Shown here piece by piece: positions 42,268 through 52,019 of a DNA stretch of 64,000 bases. Each line of letters begins with the position of its first letter. Positions within the stretch are counted from its first letter, which is position 1. Source of the DNA: an uncultured delta proteobacterium (GTDB taxonomy: Bacteria; Desulfobacterota; Desulfomonilia; UBA1062); assembly GCA_963752595.1 (NCBI GenBank), contig CAVVYZ010000001.1, positions 128,001-192,000 of the forward strand, in the 5' to 3' direction. Position numbers and translations under genes: made by a program. A model generated the notes under the pieces. The model saw only the letters and a program-made list of their open reading frames with translations. It was not told the DNA's origin and ran no database searches.

Positions 42268-43574
42268 TTATATAGCCGATACCTGGTCGAGAACGGACAA
42301 GGCCCGCTGCGCCTGAGGAAAGAACAGCACCGTGGGTTTCGGGTTCGGGACCATGTTCATAGCTTTTTCCAGAGCTTCCTGCGGGGATCCTGCGGAGCTC
42401 ATGAACATCTTGTGCACTATGGCCGCATCGACGCTCGGTGTGGCCACCACGATACGGATGTCTTTCAGGAGGATCTTGCCCAGCAGGAGGGCGTGGTCCA
42501 TCTGGATCCGGTAATCGGTATTCAAGCGACGGATGACCTCTTCGATATCTTGCGCCCCCTCGTAGGGGATCAGCATGTCCTCCGTGCCGAGCCCGTCCCG
42601 GCAGGAGCAGTAGAGGACCAGAACCCCTCCCGGCGCCATGACCGGGGCCAGGGCGATGAGCGGCTTGACGGACTGGTAGAAATTGATGTTCAAGGGCCTG
42701 CCCGGCGTGGTGACGATGATGTCGGGCCGTGCCTTCAGCGAGATCTGACAGAATGACCTTATGAAGCCCACCGCTGCCTTGTGCGCCTCGTCCAGGTCGC
42801 CGGCGAAGATCCCAATCGTCTCCCCTGCCTGGTTCAGGACCAGGTTGACGGTGAAATGGATCTTCAGCATCCCGGCCGCTTCGACCATATCGAGGTGGAT
42901 CGGATTCTTCAGGAGCTGTCCCGGACGGGCTTCCGGCGACATAAGCATCTCAGGCCGGTGGTTGATCTCGATAGTTCTTTCGCCGGCGATTCCCGGCAGG
43001 ACCGATTTTCTTCCCCCCGAGAACCCGGCAAATTCATGCGGCTCGACTTTCCCCACCGATATTCTGAAGTCCGCGTCAAAGACGGCCTTTGAGACTTCGA
43101 CAGGCGTGCCGTATGAGGTCTTTCCGAGGGAAACGAGCAATCTTCGAGTCATAGGGATCATGGTTTATGACCGTGAGACCGGCGAGGTTCTCGCTGCCCA
43201 CGATGGTCTCTGATCTCGTCCTCTGTGGCCGGCCGGTGAACCCCTGTGGCAATGACCACCGTGATGTCGGCTTTCCGGATGCCGGCTTTTGAGAGCTCCT
43301 CCAGGATCATAGGCATGACTTTTGCGGTGGGAACACCCCGGGTCGAGTCGGATACGATGATGGCGACCCGACCAGCGCCCCGTGAAATGTCACGCAACGG
43401 CGATGTCCCCAGGGGAGATTGGAAGGCGGCACGGAAAGCTTGCGGCCAGTCGATGGCCGGCGGTTCCTCGAAGCCGATCAGTCCGAGGCATCGATCTCTG
43501 CCCACCGAGATCTCCACGTCCTCGATCCTGTCCCTATAAATGACTGTGGTTTCCTGCTCACGGATGGAATACAT
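42268..43574 (-). CDS. LarA family nickel-pincer-dependent 2-hydroxy-acid racemase/epimerase, frameshifted
   Basis: VSDSTR, ATGVHRP, PHEFAGFSGGRKSVLPG, INH and FYQSVK motifs. Slips at ~43160-43210. Confidence 0.9.
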
Positions 43575-43584
43575 GGTTGTACCT

Positions 43585-44109
43585 TTATTCCTCAATCTTC
43601 GCTTCTTCCATGGCCAGCGGCGGCAGTCCCTTGATGTCCCGGATGATGTGCATGAGGCCGTAGATCGTCATGAGGAAGAAGCTGACCGGGATCGCTGCAT
43701 AGGGGAGGGCGGTAGAGATACCCAGCGCAGGAGTAATCTGTTCCCAGGTGCTGACCACCAGCATGGACCCGGCCACCGTCACCACGCCCACGGTCATCGT
43801 CGCCAGATAGATCACGATCCTCCGGAGGAAATTCTGCAGTCTCTTGGGCATCATCTCACGGAAGATGGTGATGCCCAGGTGTCCGTTCCTCTTGTGCAGG
43901 ATGCTGGCGCTGAGCAGCGCGTACCAGACGATAGAGAAGCGGAGGAATTCCTCCGACCAGGTCAGGGCGCTGTTGAAGGCATATCGCCTGACCACGTGCA
44001 TCCAGGCGACGACGAGCATGACCGCGCAGATGACCATAGTTGCGTTAAGCGTGGTCTTTTCGACCACATCACAAAAACGTTCCAGCCTCGATTTTTCCAT
44101 TTTCAGCAT
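43585..44109 (-). CDS. dctQ: TRAP transporter small permease
   Basis: Four TM segments, RYAFNSALTWSEE. Confidence 0.9.
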   Translation of the reverse strand: MLKMEKSRLERFCDVVEKTTLNATMVICAVMLVVAWMHVVRRYAFNSALTWSEEFLRFSIVWYALLSASILHKRNGHLGITIFREMMPKRLQNFLRRIVIYLATMTVGVVTVAGSMLVVSTWEQITPALGISTALPYAAIPVSFFLMTIYGLMHIIRDIKGLPPLAMEEAKIEE

Positions 44110-44222
44110 CTCCTTTGAATCGCCCCGTGTGTTTTCTTTTCATGTTCTGCTCATGTTGCGGCAATTCAATCAGAGGGAACGGGCCGGCTTTTTCTGCAAA
44201 CCCGCCCCCTCCTGTTCAAAGA

Positions 44223-45254
44223 CTAGAAACCTGCGTTCACATCCTTGTTCACGGCGGTAATTGCTGCGAGCCAGCTGTCGACAAACTTCTTGTCGGCGGT
44301 AGCCTTGATCTTCGCGACAACCACGGCCTGTGACTTCGCCCTCATCTTCTCTTTCCCGGCTGCGGATACATCGTTGACCTTCATGCCTTTTGAGGTCAGC
44401 TTGGCGATGATTGCATCCTCACGGGCCTTGTTGACGAACCGGCTGTAGTTCTGAGCCAGCACAGCGCCTTCCTTGACGATGCTCTGATATTCCTTCGGAA
44501 GCTTGTTGAACCACTTCAGATTTGCCACCAGCGGCATGGGATCGTAGATATGGCCGGTCAGCGAGGTGTACTTCTGCACTTCGTACATCTTCACTTCCCA
44601 GATATTGGCCAGAGGGTTTTCCTGGCCGTCCACGACCTTCTGCTGCATGGTCATGTAGAGCTCGGTCCAGGGCACCGGGGTGGGGTTGGCGCCGAGTGTT
44701 TTGAAATTCTCCATGTGCATGGGCGCTTCCATCGTCCGGATCTTGACGCCCTTCAGATCATCGGGACCGTTGATGGGCCGGACGTTGTTCGTCACATGGC
44801 GATAGCCGTTCTCGAGATAGGCCAGGCCTTTGAGCCCGATGTTTTCGCTGGAGCCGAGCAGGCTCTGACCCATGGGGCCGTCGAGGACGCCCCAGGCGAT
44901 CTCGTAGCTGTCGAAGGCAAACGGGATGTCCAGGACCATGAAGTTCCTGTTGAAGGTCGTGAGCGGGCCGGCCGAGGCTGTGGCCATCTCCAGAGAACCG
45001 CTTTTGACCTGCTCAACGGATTCCCGCTCGCCTCCGAGCTGGGAGTTGTAGTACAGGCCGACCTGGATTCCACCCTTGGTCTTTGTCTCGACATACTTCT
45101 TGAATGCCTGCATGCCGATGGACTGCGGATGGGTCGGAGAGTTGCAGAGCGAAACTCTTGCCTTGATGGGCGAAGCGGCGAAGACCATTCCCGAGAACAG
45201 GACGGTGCACGCTGCGACCAAGGCCACCATGGTCAGCCATTGACTCTTTTTCAT
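44223..45254 (-). CDS. dctP: TRAP transporter substrate-binding protein
   Basis: Signal peptide; NSQLGGE, NGYR, DLKGVKIRT (carboxylate-binding Arg) and VDGQEN motifs. Confidence 0.93.
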   Translation of the reverse strand: MKKSQWLTMVALVAACTVLFSGMVFAASPIKARVSLCNSPTHPQSIGMQAFKKYVETKTKGGIQVGLYYNSQLGGERESVEQVKSGSLEMATASAGPLTTFNRNFMVLDIPFAFDSYEIAWGVLDGPMGQSLLGSSENIGLKGLAYLENGYRHVTNNVRPINGPDDLKGVKIRTMEAPMHMENFKTLGANPTPVPWTELYMTMQQKVVDGQENPLANIWEVKMYEVQKYTSLTGHIYDPMPLVANLKWFNKLPKEYQSIVKEGAVLAQNYSRFVNKAREDAIIAKLTSKGMKVNDVSAAGKEKMRAKSQAVVVAKIKATADKKFVDSWLAAITAVNKDVNAGF

Positions 45255-45335
45255 AATCTTACCTCCGTAACGTTTTTTTATAGGTGTTGTTTATTCGCCG
45301 TATTCATAAAACGCTTCTTCTTCAGATCCATCCGG

Positions 45336-46616
45336 CTAATAGCCGAACATCCGCGGCAGCCACAGGGTCAGCGGCGGGAAGTAGGTCAGCAGGATGAGCA
45401 CGCCGATGCTGGCCACGATCATGGGCCAGCCCCCCTTGAAGGAATCCTCCACCGAGACCCCGGCCATGGGGCTCGTGACAAACAGGGTGATGCCGAAGGG
45501 CGGCGTGGCCAGGCCGATGACAAGGTTGACGCAGATGATGACGCCGATCTGGAGGGGATCCACGCCCAGGGCCCAGGCGATGGGCGCCAGGATCGGGCCC
45601 AGCACGATGACCGAGGCATAGTCGTCCATGAACATGCCGTTGATCAGCAGCATGACGTTGAGCAGCAGGAGAAAGGCCCAGAGCGGGACATTTCCCAGCG
45701 GCCCGCTGATGGCCTCGATGATCTGCTCGTTGGCGATGGCCCAGGCGGTCACCGTGGCGGCGCCGGCAAGGAGGATGACCAGGCCCGAGGTCAGCGCCGG
45801 TTTCCATGAAGATGGCGGGCAGGTCGCGCCATTTGACTTCCCGGGTAAAGAACATGACAGGGCGAAGGCATAGGCTGCCGCTGCTGCGGAGGCCTCGGTC
45901 ACGGTGAAGATGCCCCCGAAGATACCGCCCAGGATGATGACGGGGAGGAACAGCGCAGGCAGGGCCTTCTTGAACTGCACCCATTTCTCGGGCCACCCGA
46001 CCTTGTCGTGGTTCGGCAGCTTGTTCTTTTTGGCGATGAAGTAGATCACGAGCATCTGGGCGAAGGCGATCAGGAAGGCCGGGATGATGGCTGCCAGGAA
46101 GATCCCTGCAATGGAGGTACGGCCCACGGAGATGCAGTAGAGGATCATGAGGACGCTGGGGGGCATGATGGGCCCCAGCAGTGAGGCGCCGGCCATGACT
46201 CCCGAAGCGAACCCCGGCTTGTACCCCTCCTTTTTCATCATGGGGATGAGGAAGGACCCGAGCGATGCGGTCTCGGCCACGGCCAGGCCCACGATGGAAC
46301 CCATAAACAGGCACGTGCCCACGGTCACCAGGGCAAGTGCCCCCCGGACATGACCCACGAAGGCATTCACGAAATCGGTCAGGTCCTTCAGGATGCTCCC
46401 CTTGACCATGAGCTGCCCGGTGAGGATGAAGAAGGGGACAGCCAGGAGGGCAAACCCGTTCATGCCCTGGAACATCCGCTGGGGGATCAGGGTGAGCGGG
46501 TAATCTCCGACCAGAAGATAGACAAGCGAGCTGAGGATCAGGTTGAAGGCAATGGGAAACCCGACGATCAGCAGGGCGACGAAACAGACGATCAGGGCTA
46601 GTAGGGCCATGGACAT
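45336..46616 (-). CDS. dctM: TRAP transporter large permease (short compensated frameshift near 45800-45860)
   Basis: LLAVPFFIL, GPIMPPS, GIFTVTEA and GLATPPFG motifs. Confidence 0.93.
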   Translation of the reverse strand: MSMALLALIVCFVALLIVGFPIAFNLILSSLVYLLVGDYPLTLIPQRMFQGMNGFALLAVPFFILTGQLMVKGSILKDLTDFVNAFVGHVRGALALVTVGTCLFMGSIVGLAVAETASLGSFLIPMMKKEGYKPGFASGVMAGASLLGPIMPPSVLMILYCISVGRTSIAGIFLAAIIPAFLIAFAQMLVIYFIAKKNKLPNHDKVGWPEKWVQFKKALPALFLPVIILGGIFGGIFTVTEASAAAAAYAFALSCSLPGKSNGATCPPSSWKPALTSGLVILLAGAATVTAWAIANEQIIEAISGPLGNVPLWAFLLLLNVMLLINGMFMDDYASVIVLGPILAPIAWALGVDPLQIGVIICVNLVIGLATPPFGITLFVTSPMAGVSVEDSFKGGWPMIVASIGVLILLTYFPPLTLWLPRMFGY

Positions 46617-46797
46617 TGGTTGCTCCTCCTTAAGAATCAGGTTCTCTGTTGATCCAGAAGATCATCCTCTATTGACGGGGCCGATATGATGCCTCCGCCG
46701 GCCGCCTCTTTATGGTAATGGGCAGGTAAAGCCTTACGGAGCTCCTGCGGCAGGTTATTTCCGGAAGACCTGCGCAAGCGGATGCATAAGCTCAGGA

Positions 46798-47580
46798 TCA
46801 CGTGCTGCTCCTCTCATTCCTCTGGGTACTCCCCAGTGTCAGGGAAATATTCTTTGCGGCGTGCAGGACAGCCTTGATGCATTTAGCCCGTTCCACTTCA
46901 GAAAAACGGAAAATCGGCCCGCTGATGCAGAGGCTCGCTATGATTTTCCCCCCGCTTCCCATGACGGGGGCTACCACCGAATAAGTCCCATCCTCCCTCT
47001 CTCCGACACTGACCGCATAACCGTCCAGCCGGATTTTCTCCAGGTCTGCCTCAAGTTCCACCGGGTCCGTGATGGTATTATGGGTGTATTTTTCCAGAGA
47101 TCCGCTGCAGACGATTTTCTTCCGGGCTTTTTCAGGGAGATAGGCAAGGAGCACTTTGCCGGATGCACCGCAGTGGAGCGGGAGGATCTTCCCTACCTGC
47201 GTGACCTTGGCAACGCCGAAACGGCTTTTCACCGCCTCGGCACAGATCCTGTTCCCCTCGCCGGGGATATACAGGGTGACTTCCTCGCCGCAGTCATCCC
47301 TGAGCTTCTCCATGATCGGCCGAGCCAGGTCGACGATGCTTGTCTCCTGTGACAGGACATTCTTCCACTGGTGGAACTTTATCCCGCCGAGCCGGTACTT
47401 CCCGCTGTGAGGGTCGCGCTCCATGCACATCTTCTTTTCCAGTGTGGCCAGGATGCGGGATACGGTGCTCTGGTTGAGACCGGTCATGACACTGATCTCC
47501 GAGACGGTGAGGGAGGGCGAATCGATAGTGAAGCAGGATAGGATGTCAACGGCCTTTTCAATGGATTTAATATTCTTCAC
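46798..47580 (-). CDS. IclR family transcriptional regulator
   Basis: IKSIEKAVDIL, HTH STVSRILATL, LHCGASGKVLLAY. GTG start at 47580 after GGGGAGG. Confidence 0.93.
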   Translation of the reverse strand: MKNIKSIEKAVDILSCFTIDSPSLTVSEISVMTGLNQSTVSRILATLEKKMCMERDPHSGKYRLGGIKFHQWKNVLSQETSIVDLARPIMEKLRDDCGEEVTLYIPGEGNRICAEAVKSRFGVAKVTQVGKILPLHCGASGKVLLAYLPEKARKKIVCSGSLEKYTHNTITDPVELEADLEKIRLDGYAVSVGEREDGTYSVVAPVMGSGGKIIASLCISGPIFRFSEVERAKCIKAVLHAAKNISLTLGSTQRNERSST

Positions 47581-47593
47581 CGGCCTCCCCTTG

Positions 47594-47622
47594 CACATTG
47601 TGCATGAAACATGCACAATGTG
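47594..47622. promoter_or_regulatory. Perfect palindromic operator upstream of iclR
   Basis: CACATTGTGCATG-AAA-CATGCACAATGTG (13-bp arms), downstream of a minus-strand TTGACA at 47651-47656. Confidence 0.75.
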
Positions 47623-47866
47623 ATTACAATATCACTCCATTCCTTTCTTCTGTCAAGCGTATTTTTCACAAATCAATTTTTTTCATAATTAAGCTCCTCC
47701 CAAGGCGCCTGATGTGAAGTAAAAACGGCAGGAAGCGAGATATCTCATTCCGGAAAATGCTGAGGCAAGGAAAAGGCTTATATAAAAATGAATTTTTTAA
47801 TTTGCCTTAAGCAGCAAAGTTTCATTAATGTCCGGCATCAAGGAAATTCTACACAGGAGAAGCATT

Positions 47867-48859
47867 ATGAAAATAGCTGTTTTATTTGGGGGGCCTAGCC
47901 CCGAGCGTGATGTTTCCATTGCAAGCGGAGCTCAGGTGATCAAATCTCTACGTGCAGACGGGCATGAGGTCGTTGCTGTAGACATATCCGTTGGTATACT
48001 GGGACCACAGGAAGAAGATCGAATATTCAATACCGCTCTTTCCGATACCCCTCCGGCATATGATAGAGGTGCTTCGATTATTTCAACTTTGTACGGCGTC
48101 ATTTCTACTTTAAAAGATGTAGACCTATACTTTCTGGCGCTCCATGGAGTCCCCGGCGAGGATGGCAGCATTCAGGCCTTTCTCGACCTTTCCGGCCTGC
48201 ATTACACCGGCAACGGCATGAAGGGGAGTGCAGTAGCCATGGACAAAGATCTCAGCAAGCGCTTGTTCAGGTTTGCAGATATTCCAACCCCTGATTGGGA
48301 CCTGTTGTCTTCGCCGTCGTCTGTACCGGCTTATTCTATTGAGTACCCTGTCGTTGTAAAACCAAATAACCAAGGTTCCACCATCGGTCTTTCAGTTGTA
48401 AAGGAGCCCCGTCTCTTAAAAGACGCTATAGCCGAAGCCTTCAAGTACGATAACGAAGTGATTATCGAGCGTTATGTTCAAGGACGGGAGTTCACCGTAG
48501 GAATGCTGGATGACACGCCTTTAACGGTTGGTGAGATTATCCCGCGATACGGTCAGGTTTTTAATTACGAAAGCAAATATCAGCCAGGCGGCGCAACAGA
48601 AATATTCCCTGCCGAACTGGATGATCATCAAACCACTGCGCTGAAGGCATTAGCACTCAAGGCACACAAGGCTTTAAAATTAAGAGACTATAGTCGAGTT
48701 GATTTCATGATGGATGCGGATGGCCGTTTCTGGTGCCTGGAAGTGAATACACTCCCCGGCATGACGGCAACGAGTCTTTTGCCTCAGTCTGCAAATGGTG
48801 TGGGAATCGATTTTTCTTCTTTGTGCCGGAAAATATGTGAAACATCCCAAAAGCCTTAA
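47867..48859 (+). CDS. ddl: D-alanine--D-alanine ligase
   Basis: GGPSPERDVS, ALHGVPGEDG, MDKDLSK, GSTIG, YESKY and LEVNTLPGMT motifs. Confidence 0.93.
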   Translation: MKIAVLFGGPSPERDVSIASGAQVIKSLRADGHEVVAVDISVGILGPQEEDRIFNTALSDTPPAYDRGASIISTLYGVISTLKDVDLYFLALHGVPGEDGSIQAFLDLSGLHYTGNGMKGSAVAMDKDLSKRLFRFADIPTPDWDLLSSPSSVPAYSIEYPVVVKPNNQGSTIGLSVVKEPRLLKDAIAEAFKYDNEVIIERYVQGREFTVGMLDDTPLTVGEIIPRYGQVFNYESKYQPGGATEIFPAELDDHQTTALKALALKAHKALKLRDYSRVDFMMDADGRFWCLEVNTLPGMTATSLLPQSANGVGIDFSSLCRKICETSQKP

Positions 48860-49036
48860 CGAAAATATTCAAATGCGAAAATATTGATATTGCTGAGAGA
48901 TTGGGTTATACAGCAAAAAAGGGCAAAAGATAACCGCCATTCAAGAATCGGCGATTAATCCCCGATATGTGCTCCATATGTAATGCAATATTGGGCTTAC
49001 AAAGTTGATATTATTATGGAAAGGAGAAGTACTGTC

Positions 49037-49489
49037 ATGAAGTGGAGGATCATACCTGTGCTCATCGCTATTCTGTTTATAGGTATTGCCGCATCCGGTC
49101 CTACCCGACTCTCCGCATCCTCCGGGAGGGCTGGCGACGTGATCGTGATATGCAATGATTCCGTACCTGCCGGTTCGTTGAGCAGGGACAATATCCAGGA
49201 GATGTTCCTGGGCAGAAAGACCCGGTGGGGCGACGGTCAGAAAATCACTCTTTCACTCCTGAAGGACAGCGAGGCAAACGATGTTTTCCTGGAAGAATAT
49301 GTCGAGAAAACGCCGCCGCAGTTCAGGGACTACTGGAAGAAGCAGGCATTTACCGGCAGGGGAAGAGTCCCGGACACTTTTGCAACCCCCCAGGAAATTA
49401 TTGAATTCGTCACGAATACTCCTGGCGCCATAGGGTATATCCCGGCTAGCGCATACCAGAGCCGGGTGAAGAGCATTACGATTGAGTAG
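49037..49489 (+). CDS. Small PstS-like periplasmic binding protein
   Basis: Signal peptide; VIVICN, FLGRKTRW, YWKKQAFTGRG and TPGAIGYI motifs. Confidence 0.78.
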   Translation: MKWRIIPVLIAILFIGIAASGPTRLSASSGRAGDVIVICNDSVPAGSLSRDNIQEMFLGRKTRWGDGQKITLSLLKDSEANDVFLEEYVEKTPPQFRDYWKKQAFTGRGRVPDTFATPQEIIEFVTNTPGAIGYIPASAYQSRVKSITIE

Positions 49490-49499
49490 GAGGCAGGGC

Positions 49500-50906
49500 A
49501 TGAAAAATCTGATGAGAGTGATATTCATTTTGACCGTATTGACAGCGGTTCAAGGATTCGGGTGTATTTACGCCTACGAATATAAAGGGTTAGATATCCG
49601 GGGGTTCATCTCCCAGGGGTATCTGCAGAGCAGCGACAACAATTTTTTTGCTGAGACAGAAGACGGCACCACCCAGTTCAATGAGGCAGGCATCAACTTC
49701 TCTGCCGATGTATCCGACAAGCTCCGTCTCGGCATGCAGTTCCTTGCACGGGACTTAGGCTCCATAGGGAACAACGAAGTGCTCCTGGACTGGGCAGTTG
49801 CCGACTACCACTGGAGGGATGAGATGGGCTTCAGGGTAGGCAACATGAAGTTCGTCCACGGCCTCTACAACGAGACCCGCGACCTCGACATGCTCCGTAC
49901 CTTCGTATTCCTGCCCCAGAGCGTTTACAATGAGGCGTGGAGGGAATCGAGCGCATCCATCCAGGGCGCAGGGTTGTATGGAGACATTCCTTTGAGCGAT
50001 ATAGGCTCTCTGAACTACGACGTGCAGTACGGCACGATCAACATTTCCAACGACAAGGGTGCTGCCCGTCTGCTCGAAGACCAGTGGCCGTTCAGAAGCC
50101 TCGGGATGACGATCGATGTCGATAACATCGATGTAAAGCATACCTATGCAGGGAGTGTAAAGTGGATCACGAACCTGGAAGGGCTCGTGCTCGGCACATC
50201 CACGTATGGTTACTCCTTTGATTCGGAATGTACGACGATGCTTGATTCGGCAACACTCATTGCTGTAGGTCAGGCTCTGGGCGATGATGGACAAGCCCTT
50301 GCAAGTCTAGGGGCCGGCCTGAATACATTCGGGACACAGCTCACTGTTCCCAAAAGCAGTTTCGACGCAGATGCCGCTGCATACACCGCATCAATGGAGT
50401 TCACCTGGAGAAACCTGGTGCTTGCAGCTGAATATATGAGAACAACGTATGAGCTTGAACTCAAAAATGAATTGTTCAGAAACACCGGGGTATTCAATCC
50501 ATCCCTGGTAGCTGCAGGTGTTAATGTTGGAACCGACGGTACGGTGAAGATAGATAAATTCACTTCGGAGGGCTATTATACAAGCCTTGCCTACCGGTTC
50601 ACCCCCTGGTTCGAGCTGGGGACGTATTACTCGATTTACTATGCCAACAAGAGCGACAAAAACGGAACCGAACGCGTAGCCAAGGGTCTTGATACCGAAA
50701 AGTATCGGGCCTGGCTCAAAGACTGGTGCCTCACCACGCGGTTCGACGTGAGCGAAAACTGGATATTCAAGCTCGAAGGCCATAAGATGGACGGGGCAGC
50801 GATCCTGCTGGGGGCTGACAATCCGCCCGTGCCTGAAGGTTCGACTGATAAGCGCTACGAAGAAGACTGGTATCTCTACGCAGCAAAGGCGAGCTACAAC
50901 TTCTAG
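49500..50906 (+). CDS. Outer-membrane beta-barrel (porin-like) protein
   Basis: Signal peptide, alternating beta strands, C-terminal YAAKASYNF (terminal Phe). Confidence 0.8.
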   Translation: MKNLMRVIFILTVLTAVQGFGCIYAYEYKGLDIRGFISQGYLQSSDNNFFAETEDGTTQFNEAGINFSADVSDKLRLGMQFLARDLGSIGNNEVLLDWAVADYHWRDEMGFRVGNMKFVHGLYNETRDLDMLRTFVFLPQSVYNEAWRESSASIQGAGLYGDIPLSDIGSLNYDVQYGTINISNDKGAARLLEDQWPFRSLGMTIDVDNIDVKHTYAGSVKWITNLEGLVLGTSTYGYSFDSECTTMLDSATLIAVGQALGDDGQALASLGAGLNTFGTQLTVPKSSFDADAAAYTASMEFTWRNLVLAAEYMRTTYELELKNELFRNTGVFNPSLVAAGVNVGTDGTVKIDKFTSEGYYTSLAYRFTPWFELGTYYSIYYANKSDKNGTERVAKGLDTEKYRAWLKDWCLTTRFDVSENWIFKLEGHKMDGAAILLGADNPPVPEGSTDKRYEEDWYLYAAKASYNF

Positions 50907-50921
50907 AGCCTCTTACTGACA

Positions 50922-50973
50922 AGGCAAACAAAAAGGCCGGCTTGGGTCGTCCAGCCGGCCTTTTTGTTTGCCT
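50922..50973. terminator. Long hairpin/terminator
   Basis: 21-bp perfect inverted repeat AGGCAAACAAAAAGGCCGGCT / AGCCGGCCTTTTTGTTTGCCT. Confidence 0.8.
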
Positions 50974-51176
50974 GTTTCACCGGCTTGGCCTCAACGATTT
51001 GGGATGCATGATTATTGATCTCCGGAACAACGCCTGCCTTCTTAAGATTTGCCTTTTGAATGACGATATTCACCAGTAATGATTACATCCGTCATAAAAT
51101 TTCATGACCAGAGAAAGAACGCCCCTGCGGCTGCACGGCACATGCTGAATGATCCTCTTATGCAGAAGGGATCGGC

Positions 51177-51875
51177 ATGAAGACCATCGCTATCCGCTAC
51201 TGCTTTACCTTCGGTGATGGAAGCCAGGAGATCATCAATCTGAAGCTTCATCCCAATTCGCTCCTGCTGCTGAACGATCCTCCGCAGGAGTTGCCTTCCT
51301 GGACAGCGCTCGGGTATCACCAGTGCCCCAATTGCCCCCTTCCCTATGAAAGATATCCCCACTGCCCCCTGGCAATCCACCTGGTGAATTCTGTGAATCA
51401 GTTCAGGGGCAAGCTTTCATTCCATGAGATTCACCTCAATGTCGTCACCCAGGAGCGGATATTCTCACAACTTACCACGCTCCAGAATGCCCTGAGCTCA
51501 CTGATGGGGCTCACCTCCGCAACATGCGGTTGCCCGCTCACCGCACCGTTTCGTCCCATGGCGCGGTTTCATCTGCCGCTTGCAACCCATGAAGAGACCG
51601 TGTACCGGGCGGCTTCCATGTATCTCCTGGCCCAGTATTTCGAGAAGGACAAAAACCGGGATGCCGACCTCGAACTCGCAGGTCTCATGAAGATCTACCA
51701 GGATATCCACCTGGTCAATACTTCCTTTGCGATGCGTCTCAAGGATGCTTCGGATGTCGAGTCCACATTGGATGCCATGATCCTTCTGGATTCCTTTGCC
51801 AAGGTATTGCCGGGCCAGATTGAAACCTCCCTGGGCTGCATCAGGTACCTTTTTGATCAGAACCGGCACCGCTAG
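51177..51875 (+). CDS. Conserved hypothetical Cys-rich protein (DUF6901-like)
   Basis: WTALGYHQCPNCPL...CPLA, GCP and PMARFHLPLA motifs. Confidence 0.7.
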   Translation: MKTIAIRYCFTFGDGSQEIINLKLHPNSLLLLNDPPQELPSWTALGYHQCPNCPLPYERYPHCPLAIHLVNSVNQFRGKLSFHEIHLNVVTQERIFSQLTTLQNALSSLMGLTSATCGCPLTAPFRPMARFHLPLATHEETVYRAASMYLLAQYFEKDKNRDADLELAGLMKIYQDIHLVNTSFAMRLKDASDVESTLDAMILLDSFAKVLPGQIETSLGCIRYLFDQNRHR

Positions 51876-51948
51876 GAAGAAAACCATCCTTGTGGAAATC
51901 AGCAGGGATATCAGTGTTTCCCCCCGCAGGGCTTCATGAAAAAAATGC

Positions 51949-51994
51949 TTGACAGGAGTCGGGTTATCATTAAAATGGTCCAATGGTCGGACCA
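51949..51994 (+). promoter_or_regulatory. Promoter with FadR-type operator
   Basis: TTGACA-16 nt-TAAAAT, then TGGTCGGACCA (51984-51994), matching the FadR-subfamily TGGTCnGACCA palindrome. Confidence 0.78.
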
Positions 51995-52019
51995 CCGAAC
52001 CAATAACAAGGAGAAAGCG

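Noticed and set aside
14230-45870. Programmed ribosomal frameshifting or phase variation as the cause of split genes
   Set aside because: Several slips per gene in short, unrelated runs with no shared slippery motif; sequencing error or decay is more parsimonious.
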